Source: Macrostomum lignano
Taxonomy: Eukaryota
Direction of reading: 5' to 3'
Length of the DNA: 64,000 nucleotides
Assembly (NCBI GenBank): GCA_002269645.1
Contig: NIVC01003588.1
Span: 25,408-89,407, forward strand
Below the pieces are notes generated by a model that worked only from the letters and a program-made list of their open reading frames with translations, ran no database searches and was not told where the DNA came from. Numbering within the stretch: the stretch's first letter is position 1; every line of letters begins with the position of its first letter. Position numbers and translations under genes: made by a program. Of this stretch, positions 1 to 12,391 are shown piece by piece.

Positions 1-303
1 CCGTCGCTTTTATCCACCCTCGGGGATTATTTAAGGTCCCGCCGCCGCTCCTTTCCCCTTCGCCCCAGTTCCTTGGCAGCGAGCAGTACTCGGTGAGTCA
101 CCTCCCGCCTCTCCTAGATGCAAATTTTTGTTTGCAGCTTCTCAAACCGCGGCAGTCCTTTTGAAGACTGTCATGGCAAAGAGGCATAGCGGGCCTCGCG
201 CCTGCTAGACTGATGTGAAAACCAGGGCTTGAAAGCGCCAAGTCGGAAAAATGAAAAGCACCACCGGTACTATGAAAACACAGAACTTCAAAAAGTTGCT
301 TTT

Positions 304-710
304 ACAAGCTAGAATTACAACAAGCTAGAATTACAACAAGCGAGAACTACAACAAGCTAGAATTACAACAAGCTAGAATTACAACAAGCTAGAATTACAA
401 CAAGCTAGAATTACAACAAGCTAGAATTACAACAAGCGAGAACTACAACAAGCTAGAATTACAACAAGCTAGAATTACAACAAGCTAGAATTACAACAAG
501 CTAGAATTACAACAAGCTAGAATTACAACAAGCTAGAATTACAACAAGCTAGAATTAAAACAAGCTAGAATTACAACAAGCTAGAATTACAACAAGCTAG
601 AATTACAACAAGCTAGAATTACAACAAGCTAGAATTACAACAAGCTAGAATTACAACAAGCTAGAATTACAACAAGCTAGAATTACAACAAGCTAGAATT
701 ACAACAAGCT
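304..710. repeat. 16-bp minisatellite (caagctagaattacaa)n, about 25 units
   Basis: Period read directly from the sequence. Confidence 0.97.
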
Positions 711-1290
711 CAAAATCAAGTGATAGTTCAACTGATGAAGTGAAATTTGGCCTTCAAGTGGTCCTTGGGAATCGTTTTCTAGTCCGATTTTCCTGTGTAA
801 GACTCGCTATTTTTACCACGGAATAGCCGCGGTTTTCCCGTGAAAAATCCTTATAACATTGTTTATGGCTGGCTATTTCCTCCTGTCCCTCCAATCAGAA
901 AGGGCTTTGAGTTGAGGGTGCTACTGAGTTTATGCGCTAGCAGTTCCTTAGCCTCGAACACAAGAAATTATCCCATATTCCCACTGTTCAATGGCCATTT
1001 AGTGCTGCAGTTGCTGTTACGTAAGCCATGCGCAACGCTTTGGGTCCAAGCCGGCCTTGACCTGACCGAGGTTCATCGAACCGCAAACACTGCCCTGCTG
1101 CCCTGGATTGGGAGATAGGAATAGGGATTATTGAAGACCAAAAGCTGCGGCTGAAGATGGACGGCCAGACTTGGTGCAACACTTAACTAATGGATGAGGA
1201 GGAGCCGTGTTGCTTTAAAGCTGCCCCATCACCTGCCAGGGATAGTAAATTAATAATTGATTGAAGTGGTGGTAAAATATGAGTTGGAAA

Positions 1291-2213
1291 ATAGAATGGA
1301 TTGCTAATCTAGCCAACATCAATATGAAGATATATAATGGATTGCTAATCTAGCCAACATCAATATGAAGATATAAAATGGATTGCTAATCTAGCCAACA
1401 TCAATATGAAGATATAAAATGGATTGCTAATCTAGCCAACATCAATATGAAGATATAAAATGGATTGCTAATCTAGCCAACATCAATATGAAGATATATA
1501 ATGGATTGCTAATCTAGCCAACATCAATATGAAGATATATAATGGATTGCTAATCTAGCCAACATCAATATGAAGCTATGGAATGGATTGCTAATCTAGC
1601 CAACGTCAATATGAAGCTATGGAATGGATTGCTAATCTAGCCAACATCAATATGAAGATATAGAATGGATTGCCAATCTAGCCAACATCAATTTGAAGCT
1701 ATGGAATGGATTGCTAATCTAGCCAACGTCAATATGAAGCTATGGAATGGATTGCTAATCTAGCCAACATCAATATGAAGATATAGAATGGATTGCTAAT
1801 CTAGCCAACATCAAAATGAAGCTATAGAATGGATTGCTAATCTAGCCAACATCAATATGAAGATATAGAATGGATTGCTAATCTAGCCAACATCAAAATG
1901 AAGCTATAGAATGGATTGCTAATCTAGCCAACATCAATATGAAGATATAAAATGGATTGCTAATCTAGCCAACATCAATATGAAGATATAGAATGGATTG
2001 CTAATCTAGCCAACATCAATATGAAGCTATGGAATGGATTGCTAATCTAGCCAACATCAATATGAAGCTATGGAATGGATTGCTAATCTAGCCAACATCA
2101 ATATGAAGCTATGGAATGGATTGCTAATCTAGCCAACATCAATATGAAGCTATGGAATGGATTGCTAATCTAGCCAACATCAATATGAAGCTATGGAATG
2201 GATTGCTAATCTA
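1291..2213. repeat. 41-bp minisatellite (agaatggattgctaatctagccaacatcaatatgaagatat)n
   Basis: ttgctaatct at 1301 and 1342, continuing with a 41-bp period. Confidence 0.97.
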
Positions 2214-3676
2214 GTCAATCATCGCGTATGGATGATTAGAATGGATTACTAATCTAGTCAATCATTGCGTATGGCTGATTAGAATGGATTGCTAATCTAG
2301 TCAACCATCGCATATGGCTGATTAGAATGGATTACTAATCTAGTCAATCATAATGTATGGATGATTAGAATGGATTGCTAATCTAGTCAATCATCGCGTA
2401 TGGCTGATTAGAATGGATTGCTAATCTAGTCAATCATCGCGTATGAGTGATTAGAATGGATTGCTAATCTAGTCAATCATCGCGTATGGCTGATTAGAAT
2501 GGATTGCTAATCTAGCCAATCATCGCGTATGGCTGATTAGAATGGATTGCTAATCTAGTCAATCATCGCGTATGGATGATTAGAATGGATTGCTAATCTA
2601 GCCAATCATCGCGTATGGCTGATTAGAATGGATTGCTAATCTAGTCAATCATCGCGTATGGCTGATTAGAATGGATTGCTAATCTAGTCAATAATCGCAT
2701 ATGGCTGATTAGAATGGATTGCTAATCTAGTCAATCATCGCGTATGGATGATTAGAATGGATTGCTAATCTAGCCAATCATCGCATATGGCTGATTAGAA
2801 TGGATTGCTAATCTAGCCAATCATCGCGTATGGCTGATTAGAATGGATTGCTAATCTAGTCAATCATCGCGTATGGATGATTAGAATGGATTGCTAATCT
2901 AGCCAATCATCGCGTATGGCTGATTAGAATGGATTGCTAATCTAGTCAATCATCGCGTATGGCTGATTAGAATGGATTGCTAATCTAGTCAATAATCGCA
3001 TATGGCTGATTAGAATGGATTGCTAATCTAGTCAATCATCGCGTATGGATGATTAGAATGGATTGCTAATCTAGCCAATCATCGCATATGGCTGATTAGA
3101 ATGGATTGCTAATCTAGTCAATCATCGCGTATGGATGATTAGAATGGATTGCTAATCTAGTCAATCATCGCGTATGGATGATTAGAATGGATTGCTAATC
3201 TAGCCAATCATCGCATATGGCTGATTAGAATGGATTGCTAATCTAGTCAATCATCGCGTATGGATGATTAGAATGGATTGCTAATCTAGTCAATCATCGC
3301 GTATGGATGATTAGAATGGATTGCTAATCTAGTCAATCATCGCATATGGCTGATTAGAATGGATTGCTAATCTAGTCAATCATCGCGTATGGATGATTAG
3401 AATGGATTGCTAATCTAGTCAATCATCGCGTATGGATGATTAGAATGGATTACTAATCTAGCCAATCATCGCGTATGGATGATTAGAATGGATTACTAAT
3501 CTAGTCAATCATCGCGTATGGCTGATTAGAATGGATTGCTAATCTAGTCAATCATCGCGTATGGATGATTAGAATGGATTGCTAATCTAGTCAATCATCG
3601 CGTATGGATGATTAGAATGGATTGCTAATCTAGTCAATCATCGCATATGGCTGATTAGAATGGATTGCTAATCTAG
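2214..3676. repeat. 43-bp minisatellite (agaatggattgctaatctagtcaatcatcgcgtatggctgatt)n, sharing its first 20 bp with the 41-bp unit
   Basis: agaatgg at 2281 and 2324, continuing with a 43-bp period. Confidence 0.97.
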
Positions 3677-4141
3677 CATGCATTGATTAAATGTTATGCA
3701 TGATCTATCTATTGGTAATAAATCGAAACTTGTTCCAAAAATACCTTGAAAGATAATTGAACTAATTATTAATTTTTATGATTAATTTGCATATCTGTTT
3801 GCGTAGTCAATGTTTCATTGGATTATATATATGCATATATTCAACCTTTTTAATATGACATTTAATTTTGTACTCTAGCACAATTCAAACACTCACCCCA
3901 ATGCTTATTCGAACTATTAATTAATTATTAATTATTTATATGAAGTTGCTCCTATATGTCTTGGATTTTTGCTTTGCATATTTTCATTGCACAATAAATC
4001 CACACAGATGCTGTCCAACTACTATTTGAGTAGCTTACACAGCTTTAAGAATATTTGTGCTTCTTCCTGTCCTGTCAGGAGTGCAAGAGCGTCCTTTAGT
4101 ACTGTTAGTAGATTGATTAGTTTCTTTAGTAGCTGAGTAAA

Positions 4142-4739
<598 letters not shown>

Positions 4740-5375
4740 CGTGCATGTAAACAATGAGGCAAGCTCTTCATCACACTGGGCCTCGTCAAGTACACCTTAT
4801 CAATAGTTAAGGCGGTCAGACCGGCATCAGGTGTGCAAAAATTCCCTCATAAAGCAGCACTTCATCATCTCAGCTGTCTGCATCTTTCCCCTAGCGCAGA
4901 GGAGCTGACCAGAGAGAAAGCAGAAGTGTGCTGCAGCAATCCAGGAAGGCTAATTGGATTCCGCGGGGCTGCAGGGAAACGGCAAACAATAATGATGAGA
5001 TGAGGGCAGGGTAGGCGCAATTTGTTCGACCGGTCAGGCCAGGGAATTGATACCGCTAAGAGTCTATCTGGTCTCTCTGCCCGAAATGCGATTGCGTCAT
5101 CAAATTCGTGTTTGCCTCCTCGGCTTGGATTGGGGATAATTGGTGCGCTTCTTCTTCCCATATCCGTCTCTGGGGATGCATGCTCTCTCTCTCCCCCCCT
5201 CTCTCTCTCCCTCTCTCTCTCCCCTCGCTGCCACTTGTTGTCAAGCTAACTATCAATGGTGAGACACAGTGAAATTAAGTTTCTGGATGCTAAAGTCAAA
5301 ATTAGTACATACTGCAGTATTATATTAGCGATTTAGCATTTTGGGGAGTCATGTTGGATGAGAGCCATTGTTCGA

Positions 5376-6449
5376 ATGTGAAAGTGCCATTAAGGATGTG
5401 AAAGTGCCATTTAGGATGTGAAAGTGCCATTTCAGATGTGAAAGTGCCATTTAGGATGTGAAAGTGCCATTTCGGATGTGAAAGTGCCATTTGGATGTGA
5501 AAGTGCCATTTCGCATGTGAAAGTGCCATTTAGGATGTGAAAGTGCCATTTCGCATGTGAAAGTGCCATTTGGATGTGAAAGTGCCATTTCGCATGTGAA
5601 AGTGCCATTTAGGATGTGAAAGTGCCATTTCGCATGTGAAAGTGCCATTTAGGATGTGAAAGTGCCATTTCGCATGTGAAAGTGCCATTTAGGATGTGAA
5701 AGTGCCATTAAGGATGTGAAAGTGCCATTTCGGATGTGATAGTGCCATTTAGGATGTGAAAGTGCCATTTGGATGTGAAAGTGCCATTTAGGATGTGAAA
5801 GTGCCATTTCGGATGTGAAAGTGCCATTTCGGATGTGAAAGTGCCATTTGGATGTGAAAGTGCCATTTCGGATGTGAAAGTGCCATTTCGCATGTGAAAG
5901 TGCCATTTAGGATGTGAAAGTGCCATTAAGGATGTGATAGTGCCATTTAGGATGTGAAAGTGCCATTTAGGATGTGATAGTGCCATTTAGGATGTGATAG
6001 TGCCATTTAGGATGTGATAGTGCCATTTAGGATGTGAAAGTGCCATTTAGGATGTGATAGTGCCATTTAGGATATGAAAGTGCCATTTAGGATGTGATAG
6101 TGCCATTTAGGATGTGAAAGTGCCATTTCAGATTCGAAAGTGCCATTTCGGATGTGAAAGTGCCATTTGGATGTGAAAGTGCCATTTCGGATGTGAAAGT
6201 GCCATTTCGCATGTGAAAGTGCCATTTAGGATGTGAAAGTGCCATTAAGGATGTTATAGTGCCATTTAGGATGTGAAAGTGCCATTTAGGATGTGATAGT
6301 GCCATTTAGGATGTGATAGTGCCATTTAGGATGTGATAGTGCCATTTAGGATGTGAAAGTGCCATTTAGGATATGAAAGTGCCATTTAGGATGTGATAGT
6401 GCCATTTAGGATGTGAAAGTGCCATTTCAGATTCGAAAGTGCCATTTCG
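5376..6449. repeat. 20-bp minisatellite (gatgtgaaagtgccatttag)n with 19-bp variants
   Basis: Direct reading. It explains the MALSHPKWHFH pseudo-ORFs. Confidence 0.97.
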
Positions 6450-7046
6450 ACCTACAGCCGGGGTTGAAGCAAAATAAACTGACAATTCTTTCTACAATTT
6501 TTTCAAGCAGCAAAGACAGAACTGCTGGTCGGAAAAGTTCACGCAGCAGTTTATAGCCTCACAAAATCGAGTTGCTAAGCTGATGGGGAAATTCTCCCGC
6601 TTCGCTAATTACATAGCATGTCAGCTGGCTCCGGTCTCGCACCTTCGTCGAATATATCCTCTTCAGGGCTTGTGCGCTTCTTCCGCATGCAGCAGATTTG
6701 GGATTCTCGTGTCTTGGGCCGGGATCAGCGGTTGCTAAGGGGGGCTGGCTGAGGGGCACCTGACGCTCCCAATGGGTCGGCGATAGGCGAACTTCTGCGG
6801 GGACTTCCGCGACCTCGCAGTCTGTGACTCATCAAAAACGGTTTCAGAAAGTTTGGAAGAGAGAGAAGGCAACCTGCCGCGGGAGAAGATGAGAGGCAGG
6901 CAGCTTAGCAATGCTGTTTCTTTTAACTTGCTCCATCCTCTTCTGCTTCCCCTAGAAGACAGCAACTGCTGAAGATAACTTTGTAGACGAAGAACACCAA
7001 GTCTCTGTCAAGAGAAGAGCTTCTTTTTCTGGTGATGTGAATTTTT

Positions 7047-7337
7047 GCGCTTGTGTCATTGCGTAAAAACTGCGCGCTTGTGTCATTGAGTAAATTGCGC
7101 GCTTGTGTCATTGAGTAAACTGCGCGCTTGTGTCATCGAGTAAACTGCGCGCTTGTGTCATTGAGTAAACTGCGCGCTTGTGTCATTGAGTAAACTGCGC
7201 GCTTGTATCATTGAGTAAACTGCGCGCTTGTGTCATTGAGTAAACTGCGCGCTTGTATCATTGAGTAAACTGCGCGCTTGTGTCATTGAGTAAACTGCAC
7301 GCTTGTGTCATTGAGTAAAAACTGCGCGCTTGTGTCA
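7047..7337. repeat. 25-bp minisatellite (gcgcgcttgtgtcattgagtaaact)n
   Basis: tgtca at 7081 and 7106, continuing. Confidence 0.96.
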
Positions 7338-7966
7338 CGCGCATTCACCCCCTACACATGTATGCCACAGTGCAAGTATCAGCCGCATGGTAACCTGGCA
7401 TAAGATTTTATTAGTTCCTCGGGACGGGCCGGCGGCTGCTACAATCGGGATGAGTCATCAATCCGGCGCTGAGTTTCGAGCTGAGTTTGAGGGGTGACTC
7501 ACTGGAGCGCCGGGGCGAGAGAGAGAGAGAGCGAAATTACGGATTAACCGGTCGTCGCGGGATTAGCAATGCATGTAAATGAAATTACTGGACTATAAAT
7601 TACAGCAGCGCATTGGGGAACGGCGATTCGGGAGGGAAGATGAGGCGGAGAGGCTGAGGAGCAATTGAAGGCCGCGCGGGGCGATGCAGATGGGGAGAAT
7701 TCTGGCATACATGTACAGGAGCGAAGGCGCCGCTGCCCGAGCTAAGAAAATGACGCAATCAAAAACTTCATTCTGCAATCTCAATTGGAGTCTGGGGGAG
7801 GCCGCAACAAGCTACTAGGGAATTTCGGGGATTCTAATTTGGTGTCTGGGGATCAAAAAGAGAGGCAGATCGCTGGCGGACTCATGAGTTTCTTAGCTCA
7901 AAAATATTTCAGCCTCCGAGAGACCATGCCGCATCCCTTCTCTCCAGTTTTCCCATTTTTCTCTCG

Positions 7967-10730
7967 CCGTCGCTTTTATCCACCCTCGGGGATTATTTAA
8001 GGTCCCGCCGCCGCTCCTTTCCCCTTCGCCCCAGTTCCTTGGCAGCGAGCAGTACTCGCTGAGTCACCTCCCGCCTCTCCGAGATGCAAATTTTTTGTTT
8101 GCAGCTTCTCAAACCGGCAGTCCTTTTGAAGACTGTCATGGCAAAGAGGCATAGCGGGCCTCGCGCCTGCTAGACTGATGTGAAAACCAGGGCTTGAAAG
8201 CGCCAAGTCGGAAAAAGGAAAAGCACCACCGGTACTATGAAAACACAGAACTTGAAAAAGTTGCTTTTACAAGCTCGAATTACCACAAGCTAGAATTACA
8301 ACAAGCTAGAACTACAACAAGCTAGAATTACAACAAGCTAGAATTACAACAAGCTAGAATTACAACAAGCCAGACTTACAACAAGCTAGACTTACAACAA
8401 GCTAGAATTACAACAAGCTACAATTACAACAAGCTAGACTTACAACAAGCTAGAATTACAACAAGCTAGAATTACAACAAGCTAGAATTACAACAAGCTA
8501 GAATTACAACAAGCTAGAATTACAACAAGCTAGAATTGCAACAAGCTAGAATTACAACAAGTCAGACTTACAACAAGCTAGACTTACAACAAGCTAGAAT
8601 TACAACAAGCTAGAATTACAACAAGCTAGAATTACAACAAGCTAGAATTACAACAAGCTAGAATTACAACAAGCTAGAATTACAACAAGCTAGAATTACA
8701 ACAAGTCAGACTTACAACAAGCTAGACTTACAACAAGCTAGAATTACAACAAGCTACAATTACAACAAGCTAGACTTACAACAAGCTAGAATTACAACAA
8801 GCTAGAACTACAACAAGCTAGAATTACAACAAGCTAGAATTACAACAAGCTAGAATTACAACAAGCTAGAATTACAACAAGCTAGAATTACAACAAGCTA
8901 GAATTACAACAAGCTAGACTTACAACAAGCTAGAATTACAACAAGCTACAATTACAACAAGCTAGACTTACAACAAGCTAGAATTACAACAAGCTAGAAT
9001 TACAACAAGCTAGACTTACAACAAGCTAGAATTACAACAAGTCAGACTTACAACAAGCTAGACTTACAACAAGCTAGAATTACAACAAGCTACAATTACA
9101 ACAAGCTAGACTTACAACAAGCTAGAATTACAACAAGCTAGAACTACAACAAGCTAGAACTACAACAAGCTCAAAATCAGGTGATAGTTCAACTGATGAA
9201 GTGAAATTTGGCCTTCAAGTGGTCCTTGGGAATCGTTTTCTAGTCCGATTTTCCACGATTTTTACCACGGAATAGCCGCGGTTTTCCCGCGAAAAATCCT
9301 TATAATATTGTCTATGGCTGGCTATTTCCTCCTGTCCCTCCAATCAGAAAGGGCTTTGAGTTGAGAGGGTGCTACCAATGGCCCTTAGAAAATGATGGAC
9401 GCCTGAGTTTATGCGCTGGCAGTTCCTTAGCCTCGAACACAAAGAAATTATCCCATATTCCCACTGTTCAATGGCCATTTAGTGCTGCAGTTGCTGTTAC
9501 GTAAGCCATGCGCAACGCTTTGGGTCCAAGCCGGCCTTGACCTGACCGAGGTTCATCGAACCGCAAACACTGCCCTGCTGCCCTGGATTGGGAGATAGGA
9601 ATAGGAATTATTGAAGACCAAAAGCTGCGGCTGAAGATGGACGGCCAGACTTGGTGCAACACTTGACTAATGGATGAGGAGGAGCTGTGTTGCTTTAAAG
9701 CTGCCCCATCACCTGCCAGGGATAGTAAATTAATAATTGGTTGAAGTGGTGGGAAAATATAAGTTGGAAAATAGAATGGATTGTTAATCTAGCCAAAACC
9801 CATGGAGGAATAGAATGGATTGCTAATCTAGCCAACATCAATATGAAGATATATAATGTATTGCTAATCTAGCCAACATCAAAATGAAGCTATAGAATGT
9901 ATTGCTAATCTAGCCAACATCAATATGAAGATATAGAATGGATTGCTAATCTAGCCAACATCAATATGAAGATATAGAATGTATTGCTAATCTAGCCAAC
10001 ATCAATATGAAGATATAGAATGGATTGCTAATCTAGCCAACATCAATATGAAGCTATGGAATGGATTGCTAATCTAGCCAACGTCAATATGAAGCTATGG
10101 AATGGATTGCTAATCTAGCCAACATCAATATGAAGATATAGAATGGATTGCCAATCTAGCCAACATCAATTTGAAGCTATGGAATGGATTGCTAATCTAG
10201 CCAACGTCAATATGAAGCTATGGAATGGATTGCTAATCTAGCCAACATCAATATGAAGATATAGAATGGATTGCTAATCTAGCCAACATCAAAATGAAGC
10301 TATAGAATGGATTGCTAATCTAGCCAACATCAATATGAAGATATAGAATGGATTGCTAATCTAGCCAACATCAAAATGAAGCTATAGAATGGATTGCTAA
10401 TCTAGCCAACATCAATATGAAGATATAAAATGGATTGCTAATCTAGCCAACATCAATATGAAGATATAGAATGGATTGCTAATCTAGCCAACATCAATAT
10501 GAAGCTATGGAATGGATTGCTAATCTAGCCAACATCAATATGAAGCTATGGAATGGATTGCTAATCTAGCCAACATCAATATGAAGCTATGGAATGGATT
10601 GCTAATCTAGCCAACATCAATATGAAGCTATGGAATGGATTGCTAATCTAGCCAACATCAATATGAAGCTATGGAATGGATTGCTAATCTAGCCAACATC
10701 AATATGAAGATATAAAATGGATTGCTAATC
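7967..10730 (+). repeat. Copy 2 of the duplicated block. Its 16-bp array (8269-9171) is longer, its 41-bp array is at 9771-10730, and it has no 43-bp array.
   Basis: Collinear with 1-2213, with an insertion of about 30 bp near 9370-9405. It diverges after attgctaatc at 10730. Confidence 0.93.
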
Positions 10731-11369
10731 TGCTGACCTCACAGCTTTACATGTAAATAAAAGGTATCTAAATTTGGGAAACTCCTCGTTGAAGTTTCAC
10801 CGCAACTGTTTGCAAAGCTCGTGCCGCACACGATCAACAAAAACTGCTGCGCATCCATGCTTTCGGATCTGCTTTCAAAGAAAACGCAAAGCAGAAAAAT
10901 TCTGCCCCTCGTATTTCGCGTGGGTGTCCGACGGAGTCAACTCCTCCACCAGCCACCGCTCCCGGTGAAATCTTCTGCTTCAGCCCTCTGCACTTGCTAA
11001 TTCCATTACTGACACGCTGGGCTGCGCAAAGGCAGGTCATTAGTCGGTCGGAGGTTTTCGGGTCTGCATTTTCCTAGAAACAGCTATGCTAGAAAAGAAA
11101 TAATGCAGTGTAGAGGATGGCGGAGCCACTTTGTGCATCGCTGGCCGCCTACACAGCTGATGCTTCAGCATACGCGAGCTATTCTACACCAGATGTTGCA
11201 GTCAAGAATTTGTCTATTCTAACGGTTTTAATAGATCTTCACTCATGGTCACGAGCTCGAAACCTTCAGTTCATTCTGGCGCCATCATGCAGACTGATGT
11301 CAATCTAAACTGTCGAAAATATCGTCGAAATTTAGAGGTGCTAACTTTGAAAGCCTTGAAGCTATTGCT

Positions 11370-11510
11370 GTTCGATCCAAGGACTGGGGGTCGCCACACA
11401 CACCCTTAATTACCCCAGCTAATGCTGGCAATTGTTCCAGTCGAATCGGGAATCGAACCCCCGACCTTCAAGCCGGAAGTCCGACACTCTAACCACTAGG
11501 CTACAAGCCC
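11370..11510 (-). mobile_element. tRNA-derived SINE (Pol III head plus non-tRNA body)
   Basis: The minus strand reads gggcttgTAGCCTAGTGGttagagtgtcggacttccggcttgaaggtcgggGGTTCGATTCCcgattcgac. A box is at 11493-11503 and B box at 11449-11459. The acceptor stem does not pair. Confidence 0.72.
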
Positions 11511-12391
11511 ATTGAGGCGCCAAAAAGACGTCAGAGAATCAATCAGAATTATATTCGTTTCCATGACAACCCCTAAGCGTGCTGGGTTAACCTGGGCTAT
11601 TCACGAAGCCCTATTAGACTCTGTTGACCATTAAGTTCGCCGCGAGCTCCCCATTGGCTGATGTGGGCGCAGCCAGTGCTTGGCACGGCATGGATGGCTG
11701 CCTGCACTGCAGGCTTGCGTGGGCCTCAAGCAGCCCCCACCGCCGCCATCTTTTATCTTTAAAACGGCGGAGCGGGCAGGCCGGCTTTATACAAGAAGGA
11801 GCGGCTTATCTGAAGGCTGAGGCAATACGCGATAAAATGCTGCACCAGCAGCAGCAGAAGCAGCCACACATGCTGGAGACCTGAATGAGGCGTCTTAGCA
11901 TCATTTAGCCTACTAGCTACTGATCTGAAAGACACTAGAGCCAGCTCCCGTGTCTACAGGCGCGCGCGCAAGGAGGCGGAGCAGGAACAGACACGTTGGA
12001 GTCGGGTAGGTGTACATATGCCACAAAATGTCAAGCCAACTGTTTGGTTAATTAATGTTGCAGCAATCCGTCTGGACTAGCTAGGTAGATAGGATAGATA
12101 GACAGCTCTCCGTCAGTTTGCCGTGAACTCGGGATAGAGTGAGAGTGGCTGCTTACCGTACCCTGTGGCAACTTCATTATGCAGGAATATCCTTAGCTCG
12201 TATTCGGAGTAGAGTCGGAGATGGCGGCAATCAGTCTGAGCTGTCCGACTGTCGCGTGTGCAGCGATGGAGAGCGGAGAGACAGGAGAGAGAAATCAGGC
12301 AGAGAAAGGCGGTGATGAAGACAGATGATACTGGGAAGTGGATAGCGTGCCAAGTAAAGACTTTCATCACCGGATCTAGACACTGGCACTT

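Larger units (their letters stand above)
1..2213 (+). repeat. Copy 1 of a dispersed duplicated block: unique DNA + 16-bp array + unique DNA + 41-bp array. It may begin left of the window.
   Basis: Position 1 (ccgtcgcttttatccaccctcgggg) recurs at 7967. Unique segments are collinear with small indels, and the ORF track gives identical peptides at 988-1182 and 9468-9662. Confidence 0.93.

Noticed and set aside
733-746. CTGATGA-agt-GAAA (also near 9193) as a hammerhead core
   Set aside because: Only 3 nt lie between the core halves, so there is no stem II, and there is no suitable stem III or NUH site.
988-1182. Identical 64-aa ORF in both duplicated copies as a conserved gene
   Set aside because: It has a non-ATG start and no recognisable domain, and the identity follows from the recent DNA duplication.
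5320-6305. Long ORFs from tandem repeats (also at 21.2, 23.7, 28.7, 31.0, 37.4, 39.5, 45.0, 46.3, 48.4, 52.0, 53.1 and 62.1 kb)
   Set aside because: They are translations of stop-free repeat units, open in several frames and strands, broken by indels, and often inside introns.
11440-11510. Functional tRNA gene
   Set aside because: The acceptor and anticodon stems do not pair properly and the sequence continues into a non-tRNA body, so it is treated as a SINE.
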